Part shown: positions 31,136 through 41,030 of the stretch, one piece after another | Layout of the letters: every line of letters begins with the position of its first letter | Numbering within the stretch: position 1 is the stretch's first letter | Assembly: GCA_963754315.1 (NCBI GenBank) | Contig: CAVWFS010000018.1 | Location: 544,001-608,000 of the forward strand | Length of the DNA stretch: 64,000 nt | DNA from: an uncultured Candidatus Rokubacteria bacterium | Lineage (GTDB): Bacteria > Methylomirabilota > Methylomirabilia > Rokubacteriales > CSP1-6 | Direction: 5' to 3' | Made by a program: the position numbers and the translations under genes | Notes under the pieces: model-generated | The model's database searches: none | The model's input: the letters and a program-made list of their open reading frames with translations, nothing else | What the model was told of the DNA's origin: nothing

Positions 31136-31309
31136 GTGACTCAGCCCGACGGGACCGCGCCCCGCGAGACAGAGCCTCTGCCTCCCACGGTGCGGCGCCT
31201 GGACGCGGCGTCGGTGTTCGCTGGCCACCGCGAGGTCCTTCTCGTCCATCACGGGCAGGAGTACCGGTTGCGTATCACCAAGGCGAACAAGCTGATCTTG
31301 ACCAAGTAG
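31136..31309 (+). CDS. hemP: Hemin uptake protein HemP (57 aa, absent from ORF track)
   Basis: Manual translation ...LDAASVFAGHREVLLVHHGQEYRLRITKANKLILTK* matches the HemP/HmuP C-terminal signature. Confidence 0.9.
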   Translation: MTQPDGTAPRETEPLPPTVRRLDAASVFAGHREVLLVHHGQEYRLRITKANKLILTK

Positions 31310-31354
31310 CTGATCGACCCCCCATACGATCGCACGCCGCAAAAGGAGAAGCGC

Positions 31355-31837
31355 ATGACCCGGATGACCGTCAAGCACATGACGGCCGGCCCGAACGGCG
31401 ATGACGCCATCCTTGTCCTTCAAACGGCGGATGGCGCTCGTTATCTCGGATTTCTTGTGCCCATGAACGAGGCCACCCGGCTGGCCCGTGTGCTCGGAAT
31501 GACCGGCTGCCGGTGCTCGCCCATCTATGATCTGCTGATGGCTCTGGGAACGGCGGTCGCGACACCCATCGGACGCGCCGTGCTTGATGCCACCCCCGAA
31601 GGCATCGGCGCTGCCCTGGTGTTCCGGCATCAGCAGGACGACATCACGATCGAGTGCCATCCGGCCGATGCGGTGGCCCTCGCTGTCCGGGCCCATGCCC
31701 CCATCTACGCGACCCTCGCCGCCATGGCGCACGCCTGCCCGGCCGGCGCGCATCCAGAAGTAGCGGACGATGCCGCGCAATGGCTGGCGACCGTCCGCCC
31801 CGAAGACTTCGGCCGGCCCCCAGAGGCCATCGCCTAG
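31355..31837 (+). CDS. Divergent bifunctional nuclease domain (DUF151) protein
   Basis: ILVLQ...EA, YDLL, HPADAVALAVRAHAPIY (cf. RPSDAIALA), C-terminal VRPEDF; AGGAG RBS. Confidence 0.75.
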   Translation: MTRMTVKHMTAGPNGDDAILVLQTADGARYLGFLVPMNEATRLARVLGMTGCRCSPIYDLLMALGTAVATPIGRAVLDATPEGIGAALVFRHQQDDITIECHPADAVALAVRAHAPIYATLAAMAHACPAGAHPEVADDAAQWLATVRPEDFGRPPEAIA

Positions 31838-31886
31838 TCGGGCTTGCGCACGGCGGCCGTCGGCTGACGAGAAGCCCGAACCCGGT

Positions 31887-32255
31887 TCAGGGAAGCTTCT
31901 GTATGCCGGTGACGATGAGGTTCGGCAATGTCCCGCGCAGGAGAAAATGGACGCTGTCACCGACCGCGACGTTCTCCAGGAGCGTGGGCGACGCGGCTCG
32001 GAAGCCCATGGTCATGGGCGGCATGTAGCCGGGAATGTCATTGTGCGTGAGGACAACCACGTTCAGCTCGGGCAAGATGGCGCGAACCACGCCTTGGCCC
32101 TGGAACTCGCGCTCGCCGCCAGTGGGCGCCATGGACCGTGCGGCCGCCAGTTCCCCACGCAGGCGTGCCGTCTGGCGTCCTCCCAACAGGTAGCCGCTCC
32201 CGAGCCCGATCACGAGCGCCAGATTGATCAAGAAGACGACCTGCCAGACTGCCAT
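31887..32255 (-). CDS. Membrane-anchored CusF-like copper-binding protein
   Basis: N-terminal TM; GVVRAI...THNDIPGYMPPMTMGF...VGDSVHF. Confidence 0.82.
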   Translation of the reverse strand: MAVWQVVFLINLALVIGLGSGYLLGGRQTARLRGELAAARSMAPTGGEREFQGQGVVRAILPELNVVVLTHNDIPGYMPPMTMGFRAASPTLLENVAVGDSVHFLLRGTLPNLIVTGIQKLP

Positions 32256-34231
32256 CAATGCACGTGCTCACCCGGGTCGGGGGCAGTTGTCTTTTCGTCG
32301 TTGAGTTGGTGGACGACGGTAAGGAGCCCACCAACGTCGGGCCAGCTCCGCTCGCCCGCCGAGATGGCCCGTAGATACCCCTGGCGATCAATGAGAAATT
32401 CGGCGTGGGGCTCACGCGCGAAGAGTCCGTAGGCGGCGACCAGGTCGCCGGCACCCTCCGTGACTACGGGAAACCAGATAGGGGGGACCGCGCCCAGGCG
32501 ACGGATCGCGCCAGGATCCGCGTCGCGCGGGACGGCCACCACCTCCACCCCCTGGACTACAAGGTTGGGGTAGTTCTCGGCCAACTCCGCGAGTCGGGCC
32601 CTTGATTCGGGCAACGCGTAGAGCACGAGCAACACGACCTTGCGCCCTCGGTAGTCGCGCAGAGAACGTGGGGGAGTGGGGCCCACCGCGAAGCTGGCGT
32701 CAGGGGCCACGATACGAGGTGAGTCCGGCCTCAGCTCAGGACCAAGGCGCCGAGCCTCATTGGCGGCGGCCAGCGCGCGAACGAAGTTCACGAGGTCCCA
32801 ACGCTCCTCCTCGTTGAGGCGCCCGCCGAAGCCCGGCATGCCGGCGACTGGAATGCCCTCGGAGATCCACCAGTAGAGGTCGCCTGCGGTGTGGTGCAGG
32901 GTGTGGGCGGCACGGAGATCGGCGGGGGGACGAGGAAGGCGAAGGCCGGCCATGCCGTCGCCCGCGCCGGCTGGACCGTGACAGGCCGCGCAGTGCGCGG
33001 CGTAGAGTTTCGACCCGGCCGCGATGGACGCCGCCGTATATGGCACCGCGGAGCGTCGATACGTGAGCGGATAGGCGTCGATGGCCAACGGAGGCAGGGC
33101 GAGGCCCAGACCGAAGGCTAGAAGGACGACCGATCCGGCGAGGAGCGAAGCCCGGACACGGCGGCTGACGAGCGCGCAGAACGCGATGACGACGCCGCTC
33201 ACAGCGAGCTGGCTGCCTACCAGCACGCGCAGGGGGAGGGCGGGCGTCTCGGCCAGGGCGTCCGTGGAGAGGCGGAACGAGAACGGCCAAGTTGGAACCT
33301 GGTGGCGAGCGGGCGGGGTTCCGACGAGCACGGCGACCACGACCAGCAGGCCGAGCGCCAGCACACCTTCGATCGTGACGAAGGTGGCCAGCCGGCGCAT
33401 GGCCGGGCGACCGACGGTCTCCCCATCGTGGGACAGCGCGGGGAGTGTGCGGCGATTGATCCAGGCGAGGACGAGAATGGGCGTCAGGATGACAAGCTTG
33501 ATGAGGAGCCATCGTCCATACGATGTGCCGACGAGCCCTGCCACGTCTCCCACGAAAAGAGCGGCGTTGAGCACGCCGCTGCCGAGCAACACGAGCATGG
33601 CCACCAAGGCGCACTTTGAGAATCGTCGTGCCACGAGAACGGCATAGGGGCGGGCATCGGCGCCGGCGGACGTGCTGGCGCCACGCAACAGCACGGCCAG
33701 CGGCCACAGGCCTCCGATCCAGACACCGGCCGCGACCAGGTGCATCGCATCATTGATCAGGGCCCGGCCGGTATCGGGTTCCGCGGCGGCCGCGTGTCCG
33801 GCCAGACCCAGAAGGGACGCCGCCAGCACCGCGAGCAGCGCCACCTCACCCCGCGCAGCCAGCCAGTCGGCCCGCGAGCGCAGATGCGCTTGTCCCAGCA
33901 GGAAGGCAAGGAGGAGCACGAGAAGGCCTTGACGCGCGAGCCATACGTGACCGCTCTGGGTCTCGAGGGCGACTTTGCGCAAGGCATCCAACTCCAGCAG
34001 GGCCGCGGCTGACCGGCCTTCGAGGATCACCGTCTGGATGGCGAGGGTGCCGAGCCCGGACGCGAGGGCGAGCACCGCAAGGATGCGCGACCGGGCCACC
34101 ACTCGCGCCTGCCAGGCGCGGGCAGTCGGACGATCGGAACGGCCCGCCAGCAGCAGGATCATCGGACCGCCCACCAGCGCCAGGGAGGCCGCCAGGTGCA
34201 CCCAGCGCGTGGCAATTCCGAGCGCGGTCAT
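32255..34231 (-). CDS. CopD + cytochrome c + thioredoxin-like fusion membrane protein
   Basis: CopD (RWVHL, AGHAAA, HLVAAGVWIGGL, RRFS, YGRWLLIKL), CAACHG, C-terminal AhpC/TSA-like fold. Confidence 0.85.
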   Translation of the reverse strand: MTALGIATRWVHLAASLALVGGPMILLLAGRSDRPTARAWQARVVARSRILAVLALASGLGTLAIQTVILEGRSAAALLELDALRKVALETQSGHVWLARQGLLVLLLAFLLGQAHLRSRADWLAARGEVALLAVLAASLLGLAGHAAAAEPDTGRALINDAMHLVAAGVWIGGLWPLAVLLRGASTSAGADARPYAVLVARRFSKCALVAMLVLLGSGVLNAALFVGDVAGLVGTSYGRWLLIKLVILTPILVLAWINRRTLPALSHDGETVGRPAMRRLATFVTIEGVLALGLLVVVAVLVGTPPARHQVPTWPFSFRLSTDALAETPALPLRVLVGSQLAVSGVVIAFCALVSRRVRASLLAGSVVLLAFGLGLALPPLAIDAYPLTYRRSAVPYTAASIAAGSKLYAAHCAACHGPAGAGDGMAGLRLPRPPADLRAAHTLHHTAGDLYWWISEGIPVAGMPGFGGRLNEEERWDLVNFVRALAAANEARRLGPELRPDSPRIVAPDASFAVGPTPPRSLRDYRGRKVVLLVLYALPESRARLAELAENYPNLVVQGVEVVAVPRDADPGAIRRLGAVPPIWFPVVTEGAGDLVAAYGLFAREPHAEFLIDRQGYLRAISAGERSWPDVGGLLTVVHQLNDEKTTAPDPGEHVH

Positions 34232-34274
34232 TTGCGAGCATGATACTCGACACTCCACGGGGTATCTTCGAAGC

Positions 34275-35030
34275 ATGGAGCTGAGCACGAGCAGCGCTCT
34301 CCGCGCGATCTTCTTCGACGCCGGCAATACCTTGGTCCGGATGAACTACGCGGCCATCGTCGCCCAGCTCGCCGTCCTCGGTTACCCGGTACCGCTGGAC
34401 GTCGTGCGGCAAGCAGAATGGCGCGCTCGGGTGCGACTCGACGACGAGCTCCTGGCCTGCCCGGGAGCCTCCACGGAGAGCGGGTCATCGCGCCATGCTT
34501 ACCTGAAGCTTGTGCTGGAGGAACTGGGGCTTACCGATGCGGCCACTGCGCAGGCGATGATCTCGTGGCGGGACCGTTACCATATCCCGGTCGGGATCTT
34601 TGACGTCGTCGATCCTGGCGCCGCGGTAGCCCTCACCTTGGCGCGGCAGGCCGGCCTGGGCACCGCAGTCATTTCGAACTCCAACGGTACTGTCGAGGGT
34701 CTCCTCACCTCGCTGGGGCTCGGGGCGCACCTCGACTTTGTCATCGACTCCTTTGTGGTGGGCGTGGAGAAGCCCGATGCCCGCATCTTCCAACTGGCTC
34801 TGGCGCGGGCGGGGCTCGAGCCCTCCCAGGCGGCCTACGTCGGTGACCTGTACTCGGTCGACGTCGCGGGAGCTCGGGGCGCCGGCCTGGAGGCGGTGCT
34901 GATTGATCCGGGGGGCCACTGGGGAGCGCGGGATTGCCTGCGAGCGTCAGGGCCCGTAGAGGCGGTACGCCTGATCCTGGCCGACGATGGGCGCCGGGCA
35001 GGTTACTCGGGAAGGGAGACGAGAGGATAG
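34275..35030 (+). CDS. HAD-IA family hydrolase
   Basis: FFDAGNTL, VISN, EKPDARIF, VGDLYSVDVAGA. Confidence 0.88.
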   Translation: MELSTSSALRAIFFDAGNTLVRMNYAAIVAQLAVLGYPVPLDVVRQAEWRARVRLDDELLACPGASTESGSSRHAYLKLVLEELGLTDAATAQAMISWRDRYHIPVGIFDVVDPGAAVALTLARQAGLGTAVISNSNGTVEGLLTSLGLGAHLDFVIDSFVVGVEKPDARIFQLALARAGLEPSQAAYVGDLYSVDVAGARGAGLEAVLIDPGGHWGARDCLRASGPVEAVRLILADDGRRAGYSGRETRG

Positions 35031-36378
35031 CGGCGGAGGGCGCCGTAAATGACGCGTTTCATTTCCTCGATCTCGTGCTCGGTATGGGCCTCGAAGCGGA
35101 GGGTGAGGTAGGGATTCGTGTTGGAGGCACGGACGAGGCCCCAGCCGCCGCCGGGAAAAAGAACACGCGCTCCGTCGATGTCGATGGTTTCGTACTGCTG
35201 GCGTAGCTCGCGGACGAGCTGATCGACGACGCGGAATTTCTCCCCGTCTGGACAGGGTGCCTTCAGCTCAGGCGTGGCCTGCAGGTGGGGCACCGAGTCA
35301 AAGAGCGTGGAGATGGGCGCGGATGTGCCCGCAGCGATCTCGATGATCTTGGCCGAAGCAAGGATGCCGTCATCGACCCCGTAGTAGTCTTCCGCGAAGA
35401 ACATGTGGCCACTGACCTCGCCCCCCAGCAGAATGCCCTCCTCCCGCATCTTGCGCTTGAGGTGCGAATGCCCAGTTTTCCACATGACGGGGACGCCCCC
35501 GTGCCTGGTGATGTCCTCCACGAGGGCCTGCGACGACTTGACGTCGAAAACGATCTTGGCGCCGGGGCGTCGTCCTAGCAGATCGCGCGCGAGAAGGACA
35601 AGGATAAGGTCGGCCTCATGACGGCGGCCTCGCTCGTCGATGACTCCGACCCGGTCCGCATCGCCATCGTAAGCGAGCCCGAGATCGGCACCCACCGCCA
35701 GCACGCGGGCCTGCAGGTCGCGGACGTTCTCCGCGTCCTCCGGGTCGGGCAGGTGGTGGGGAAAGGTGCCGTCCGACTCGCAGTACAGTTCGACCACCTC
35801 GCAACCGAGCCGACGGAGAACATCGGGCGCCCACTCGCCCGCCACGCCGTTGCCGGCATCGACGACGACTTTCAAGGACCGGGCTGGACGAACCAGGCGT
35901 GCGATCGTGTCCAGGTAGTCGGCCCGGGGACTACGCGCAGTGACGGTGCCTCGGCCCGTCTCGAAGTCACCAGCCTCGATGAGGGCGTACAGCGACTGGA
36001 TCTCGTCCTCGGTGAGGGGCGCCGCCCCGGGGTGGACCATCTTCACCCCGTTGTACTCGACCGGATTGTGGCTGCCCGTGATATTGGCGCCGCCATCGAG
36101 CCGCCAGTGCGCAGTGGCGAAGTAGAGCAGTGGCGTCGGGGTCAGGCCGATGTCGATGACGTCGACGCCGGCCGATCCCGCGCCGTCGACAAAGCGGGCC
36201 TTCAGCCCATCGGACGAGACGCGGTTGTCCTGTCCGACGGCGATGGTCCTTCCCCCTGGCGACGGATCAGCGTGCCGTAGGCGGCACCGACCTGTCGGAA
36301 GACCTCGGGGTTGACGTCGTCACCGAGCAACCCGCGCACGTCGTATGCCCGAAAGATGTGAGGGTTGAGTGGGGTCAT
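35003..36378 (-). CDS. Phosphomannomutase/phosphoglucomutase; frameshift near 36255
   Basis: N-terminus MTPLNPHIFRAYDVRG in shifted frame, then ITGSHNP, DGDADR, GEVSGH, RASNT. Confidence 0.9.
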
Positions 36379-36503
36379 GGAGTGTAGCCGGGACGCTCCT
36401 CGATGGTTTTACCTAGCCTATCATGGCCGCTGTGCACATCGTGTCGCTTGGCCGTAGACTCGAGGCTGGGCGTGGGACACAGTCTCGCGGGAAAGGACAT
36501 CGC

Positions 36504-36893
36504 ATGGACGAGACGGAACTCAAGGAGCGGACGAAGCGTACGGCGGCGATGCTCTTCCACACCCTCAAGGAGGGGTCAGGTTTCGAGACATGGCGCAAGT
36601 TTGATCGAGAGCTGGCGCGGGAGCTGTCGATGTTCTTCGCCGGCAAGCTCTACAGCCGGCAGGTCATTTCCCAGAAGCAACGCGAGCTGTGCGCGGTAGC
36701 CTCGTTGACCGTGCTGCATCGCCCTCACGAGTTGCGGGCGCACTTGCACGCCGCCCTCAACGTCGCCGCCACTCGTCAGGAGGTGGCGGAGGTCATCTTC
36801 CAGCAGGTGACGTACGGCGGCATGCCTGTCGTGGTCGATGCCCTCGAGGTGTTCAAGGCCGTGCTGGTGGAGCGGGGCGAATGGGAGGCGTGA
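36504..36893 (+). CDS. Carboxymuconolactone decarboxylase family protein
   Basis: LYSRQVISQKQRELCAVASL...HLHAALN...EVAEVI...YGGMP. Confidence 0.85.
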   Translation: MDETELKERTKRTAAMLFHTLKEGSGFETWRKFDRELARELSMFFAGKLYSRQVISQKQRELCAVASLTVLHRPHELRAHLHAALNVAATRQEVAEVIFQQVTYGGMPVVVDALEVFKAVLVERGEWEA

Positions 36894-37660
36894 CCGTTCT
36901 CGAGGCCATGATCGACGCCGTGCGGGCGGCCGGCGAAGTCGCGCTCAGGTACTATCGCGGCGGCTTCGACGTGGTCATCAAGGACGATCGGACACCGGTC
37001 ACGCAGGCCGACCGCGAGGCCGAGCAGCTGATCGTCGAGCGCCTCCGTCGTGTGTTTCCGGATTGCGGCTTCCTGGGCGAGGAGTTCGGCGACTGGGGAC
37101 CCAAGGACCGGCGCTTCATCATCGATCCCATCGATGGGACCAAGAACTTCGTGCGCGGCATCCCCGTGTGGGCCACGCTCGTGGCTCTGGAAGAGGGCGG
37201 GGAGGTCACGGCGGGGGTCGTCCACAATCCCGCGTTGGGCGAGATGTTTTGGGCGTGCCGCGGAGGTGGCGCCTTCCGTAATGGTGAGCGGGTCTCGGTA
37301 TCGGGGATCGTGCGGCTTGGCGAGGCCCAGCTCATTCACTCCGCGCTGCGTCCCCTGCGGGCGGCGGGCTACTGGGAGGGCCTGGCGCGGCTTGTCGACG
37401 CCACCGACCGCCAGCGCGGGTTTGGCGACTACATGGGCTACACCCTGGTGGCGGAGGGCAAGGCCGAGATCTACGCAGAGATCTACACCCAAGGTGGGGG
37501 CCTCAAGCCGTGGGATCTCGCCCCGTGCAAGATTCTGGTCGAGGAAGCTGGCGGCGTCTTTACGGATCTGGACGGATGCGCGACGATCTACACGAGCTCC
37601 GCGCTCGCCACCAACGGCCATCTTCACGAGGCCGCGCTCGGACTGCTACGCGCCCCATAG
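36890..37660 (+). CDS. hisN: Inositol monophosphatase family, histidinol-phosphatase-like
   Basis: PVTQADREAE, GEEFG, IDPIDGTKNF, RGFGD, KPWDLA. Confidence 0.8.
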   Translation: MTVLEAMIDAVRAAGEVALRYYRGGFDVVIKDDRTPVTQADREAEQLIVERLRRVFPDCGFLGEEFGDWGPKDRRFIIDPIDGTKNFVRGIPVWATLVALEEGGEVTAGVVHNPALGEMFWACRGGGAFRNGERVSVSGIVRLGEAQLIHSALRPLRAAGYWEGLARLVDATDRQRGFGDYMGYTLVAEGKAEIYAEIYTQGGGLKPWDLAPCKILVEEAGGVFTDLDGCATIYTSSALATNGHLHEAALGLLRAP

Positions 37661-37757
37661 GCTACAGACCTTCGGCGTTCCCTGGTCTCGAAGACGCTAG
37701 GCCGGGACCGCGCGGCTCACCGTCGTGATCGGGATGAGGGGCTTCTCGCGTCACGCC

Positions 37758-38678
37758 ATGATCGAGGTCGGCGCTACCCTCGCCATCCATCCCGGCGCGC
37801 TCGGGGACGTGCTGCTCGCCGTCCCCGCCCTGCGTGCCCTTCGGGCCCAGCGGCCGGGCCAGGTCCTCGCGCTCGCTGCGCAGCCGCGGCTAGCACGGCT
37901 GCTCACCGCGCTCGGTGAGGTCGATCGGGCACTGGATTTCGAGTCGCTCGCTCTCGACGCGCTGTTCACGACCGACCCGGCCCGCGCGCGGCCACTCCTC
38001 GCGCATGTCGGGCGGCTGGTGTGCTGGTTCGGTTCGCGCGATCCGCTCTTCGCGGCCAACCTATGCACCATTGTTCCGGGCGCGCTGGTGGCCTCGCCGG
38101 CCGCCGCCGATGTGCCCGTCTGGCAGCACCTGCGCCGAAGCGTGAACGCGCCGCTCGAGGGCGAGACGGCGCCGCTCCGTGTGCCGCCGGTAGTGGCGCA
38201 GACCGGGCGGCAGGCACTCCTCAACCTGGGTTGGGATGGCGCGCGGCCGGTGATCGTGCTGCACCCTGGAGCGGGCAGCGCCGCCAAGCGCTGGCCGGTC
38301 GATGGTTTCGTGAGGGTGGCGCGCGATGTCGGCGAGGGGAGGCCGATTGCCCTCGTCATCCATGAGGGTCCAGCCGACGCCGAAGCGGCCGCGGCCCTAA
38401 TGGCCGCGCTGGGGCCCACAGCCATCCACCTCCGAGAACCCACCTTGGAAGTGCTGACCGGTGTGCTTGCTTGCGCCGCGTTGTACCTCGGCAACGACTC
38501 CGGCGTGAGCCACCTCGCAGCCGCCGTGGGCGCGCCGAGCGTGGTGCTGTTCACGCGGGGGCTTCTCGGGTGGCGCCCGTGGGGGGCTACGGTTGAGCTA
38601 CCCGTCGTTTCGACTGCGAAGATCGTCCCCGCCGACCTCGAAAGGGTCCTGGCCGCCGCCCGGCAGGCCATGACGTAG
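37758..38678 (+). CDS. Glycosyltransferase family 9
   Basis: HPGALGD, LHPGAGSAAKRWP, YLGNDSGVSHLAAAVG. Confidence 0.88.
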   Translation: MIEVGATLAIHPGALGDVLLAVPALRALRAQRPGQVLALAAQPRLARLLTALGEVDRALDFESLALDALFTTDPARARPLLAHVGRLVCWFGSRDPLFAANLCTIVPGALVASPAAADVPVWQHLRRSVNAPLEGETAPLRVPPVVAQTGRQALLNLGWDGARPVIVLHPGAGSAAKRWPVDGFVRVARDVGEGRPIALVIHEGPADAEAAAALMAALGPTAIHLREPTLEVLTGVLACAALYLGNDSGVSHLAAAVGAPSVVLFTRGLLGWRPWGATVELPVVSTAKIVPADLERVLAAARQAMT

Positions 38679-38688
38679 ACTCGACGGC

Positions 38689-38875
38689 ATGCAAGCGTGG
38701 GCGGCGGCGGTCCGAGGCCGGGCTCGTGCTCGCGGCGGCTGTCATTGTTCTGGCCGGTTTCGGCATCGCCCTCGTCGAGATGTACCGATTGCCGAAAGCC
38801 TCCCACTGGGGCGTGGTGGGAGCGGCCGTGCTCCTGGTGGCCATCATCCGGGCGGTGTCGACACGGAAGCCGTGA
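38689..38875 (+). CDS. Small two-TM protein (start/frame uncertain)
   Basis: Frame ending TGA 38875 encodes GLVLAAAVIVLAGFGIALVEMYRLPKASHWGVVGAAVLLVAII; ATG 38689 is out of frame, alternative GTG 38726. Confidence 0.45.
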
Positions 38876-38908
38876 CCTGGCGGGCGCCGGACGCCTGCTC
38901 GACAATCG

Positions 38909-39976
38909 TCAGCGGTCGGGCTTGGCCCAGATACCGCGCTCATGCATCAGCCGGATTTGCTTCTTGATGACCTTCTCCCGGTATTCCTTGTGCTTCATGG
39001 GCGCGCGATTGAGGTAGAGGTTCTTCGGGTAGATGGGCTTTTCGTAGAGGATCTGGTACAGCTCGGTACGGAGGTCCTTCATCCAGTTGTCCCACTGGGC
39101 GCGGGCCCGGTGGTCGCGCAGGGCCTCGATGTCGATGACCCCGCCCACATAGGTGGACCCCGCCCCATAGTCCTGGCGCCCGACGATCTGGCCCTTGTAG
39201 TTGATGACGAAAGAGCGTCCCCCAAAGGTGTCGATGGGGGTGGTCTCCTCGGGGAAGAGATAGTACGTCCCCATGTTGGGAGCGACGAGGTACATGTTGT
39301 TATCCAGGGCGCGGGCCCGGCTCTGAATCTCGAAAATCTCGTTACCGGTGGCTGGGTGCGGATAGGAGGCGCGGTACACCACCTCCGCCCCATTGAGGGC
39401 CAACGCCCGTGCGTTCTCGGGATACGAGCCCTCGTTGGCCATCATGATGCCGAGCCGGCCAATCTCTGTGTCCACCACCGGCCAGAAGGCCTGCAACGAA
39501 CGCCCATACTTCTGCACCCACCAATCGTAGACGTCATGCGGGCACACGGAGTGCTCGACGGGAAACAACGGTGAAACCTTGTAGTGCTGGAGGATCACCC
39601 TGCCTCGGGGATTGATGATGAAGCCGACGTTGAAGAACCGATCCTTGAGGTCCGGGTGACGGGCCTTGGCCTGGGCCATGACGAAGGCGTTGTACTCCTT
39701 GGCAATGCGGCCCAGCTCGTCCGTCTCTTCCCCGGGGATGTCGATAGCCCCCTCCCTGGCGAACTGCACGTGGTCGAGATCCAGGACCTCGTCATTGAAG
39801 CCCTGGAGCGCGCCTTCGGGGAAGGCAATGAGGCGCACGGGCAGGTCGAGGCTGGACAGCCACGACGCAGCCTTGACCAGGTGGTGCAGGTGCTCGAGGT
39901 TGACCTTGATATCCTTGCGCTTGCGGATCCCGCGCACGGTGGGGATCAGTCCGACCGCGGTGTAGGGCTTGATCAT
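38909..39976 (-). CDS. Nitrilase/carbon-nitrogen hydrolase family protein lacking the catalytic Cys
   Basis: FPEG, HYK, VVDTEIGRLG, RARALDN; GIMMANEGSYPE at the nucleophile motif. Confidence 0.85.
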   Translation of the reverse strand: MIKPYTAVGLIPTVRGIRKRKDIKVNLEHLHHLVKAASWLSSLDLPVRLIAFPEGALQGFNDEVLDLDHVQFAREGAIDIPGEETDELGRIAKEYNAFVMAQAKARHPDLKDRFFNVGFIINPRGRVILQHYKVSPLFPVEHSVCPHDVYDWWVQKYGRSLQAFWPVVDTEIGRLGIMMANEGSYPENARALALNGAEVVYRASYPHPATGNEIFEIQSRARALDNNMYLVAPNMGTYYLFPEETTPIDTFGGRSFVINYKGQIVGRQDYGAGSTYVGGVIDIEALRDHRARAQWDNWMKDLRTELYQILYEKPIYPKNLYLNRAPMKHKEYREKVIKKQIRLMHERGIWAKPDR

Positions 39977-40014
39977 GCATGGGCCTCCAGGGTGGTAGAT
40001 GAAAGCTGGCCGCC

Positions 40015-40389
40015 TTACCCGGCGAGCCTCAGCCCGACGCGCACGAACCTTCGAAAGTCGGCAGGGTTGGCGGTCGCCAGGATCGCGCCCGCCCGCACGG
40101 CGGTGGCCGCGATCATACATTCCACCAGGCTACCGCGACGTCGTCCCCCCAGGTCGAACAGGCGCGCGGCCAGGGCGGCGTCCTCGGCGAGGAAGGGGAC
40201 GGGCGGCTCGAGGATCCGCCCGGCCAGGGCGACGTGGGCGGCCTGAACGGGACCACACAAGAACTCGACCCAGCCCACCGCGCTCACCGCGAGCGTTTCA
40301 CCCTCGCCCAACCAACGACGAAGGCAGCGATCCTCCACCGTGCCGCGGGCCAAGGCGCGAATCAGGAAGCTCGTGTCGAGGTGGATCAC
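40015..40389 (-). CDS. vapC: PIN-domain toxin
   Basis: IHLDTSFLI, E, ECMIAATA, LATANPADF. Confidence 0.85.
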   Translation of the reverse strand: MIHLDTSFLIRALARGTVEDRCLRRWLGEGETLAVSAVGWVEFLCGPVQAAHVALAGRILEPPVPFLAEDAALAARLFDLGGRRRGSLVECMIAATAVRAGAILATANPADFRRFVRVGLRLAG

Positions 40390-40664
40390 ACGCGGCGGGC
40401 TTGTCCGCCGGCGGCGCGACGCTCGGCGCGCGTTCGGTGCGCCCACGCCCGAACGCGGGCAGGGGTGAGGTGCAGATCGCGCTGGAGGCGGTCGAGAGCC
40501 TTCAGAGCCTCTACTGCTTGGGGTGAAGCGACCCCGGCGGCGGCGCCAATGGCACGGCGTAGCGCCTCCGACTTGGAGACGCGCCAGCGCCGGGCAAGTT
40601 GCTCGAGGCTCCGGACGCTCCTTGCGTCCAATGCATAGGTGGACTTGATGGACGTTACGGCCAT
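40386..40664 (-). CDS. vapB: Ribbon-helix-helix antitoxin
   Basis: KSTYALD...LARRWRVSKSEALRRAI; overlaps vapC start (GTGA). Confidence 0.8.
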   Translation of the reverse strand: MAVTSIKSTYALDARSVRSLEQLARRWRVSKSEALRRAIGAAAGVASPQAVEALKALDRLQRDLHLTPARVRAWAHRTRAERRAAGGQARRV

Positions 40665-40704
40665 AACACGTCAGATATGGCCATACTCAGACGACCGGTG
40701 TCAA
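40656..40704 (-). promoter_or_regulatory. vapBC promoter/operator
   Basis: TTGACA on minus strand at 40699-40704; palindromes TATGGCCATA (40676-40685) and TACGGCCATA (40656-40665) 20 bp apart. Confidence 0.5.
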
Positions 40705-40867
40705 GAGAAGAGCCGCGCGCCCGGCGGCCGTTGTGCTCTTCGCCGGCCTTGGCCGGCGCCGACACGGTCAGCCTGCTGTTGCAGCCGGACTTGACGTCGG
40801 AGCAGATCGACCTGACCTTGAACGCGTTCGTAGAGTAGATGGCGCCCGAGCCCGCAAGGAGGGAGTG

Positions 40868-41030
40868 ATGGCGGACAGCGAAGCAGCCGTAACCGGACGT
40901 CAACGGGTGGCGGCCGCCTACAAGGGCGGCTATGCGGATCGGGTACCAGCCTATCCCATCGCCGGCTCCTTCGCCGGGTGCCTCGATGGTCTCTCCATCC
41001 AGGAGTACTGCACGACCCCCACCAAGGCCA
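40868..41030 (+). pseudogene. 5' fragment of a uroporphyrinogen decarboxylase/MtaA-CmuA family gene
   Basis: Strong RBS; TGRQRVAAAYKGGYADRVPAYP...GLSIQEYCT then coding character is lost just before the repeats. Confidence 0.6.
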
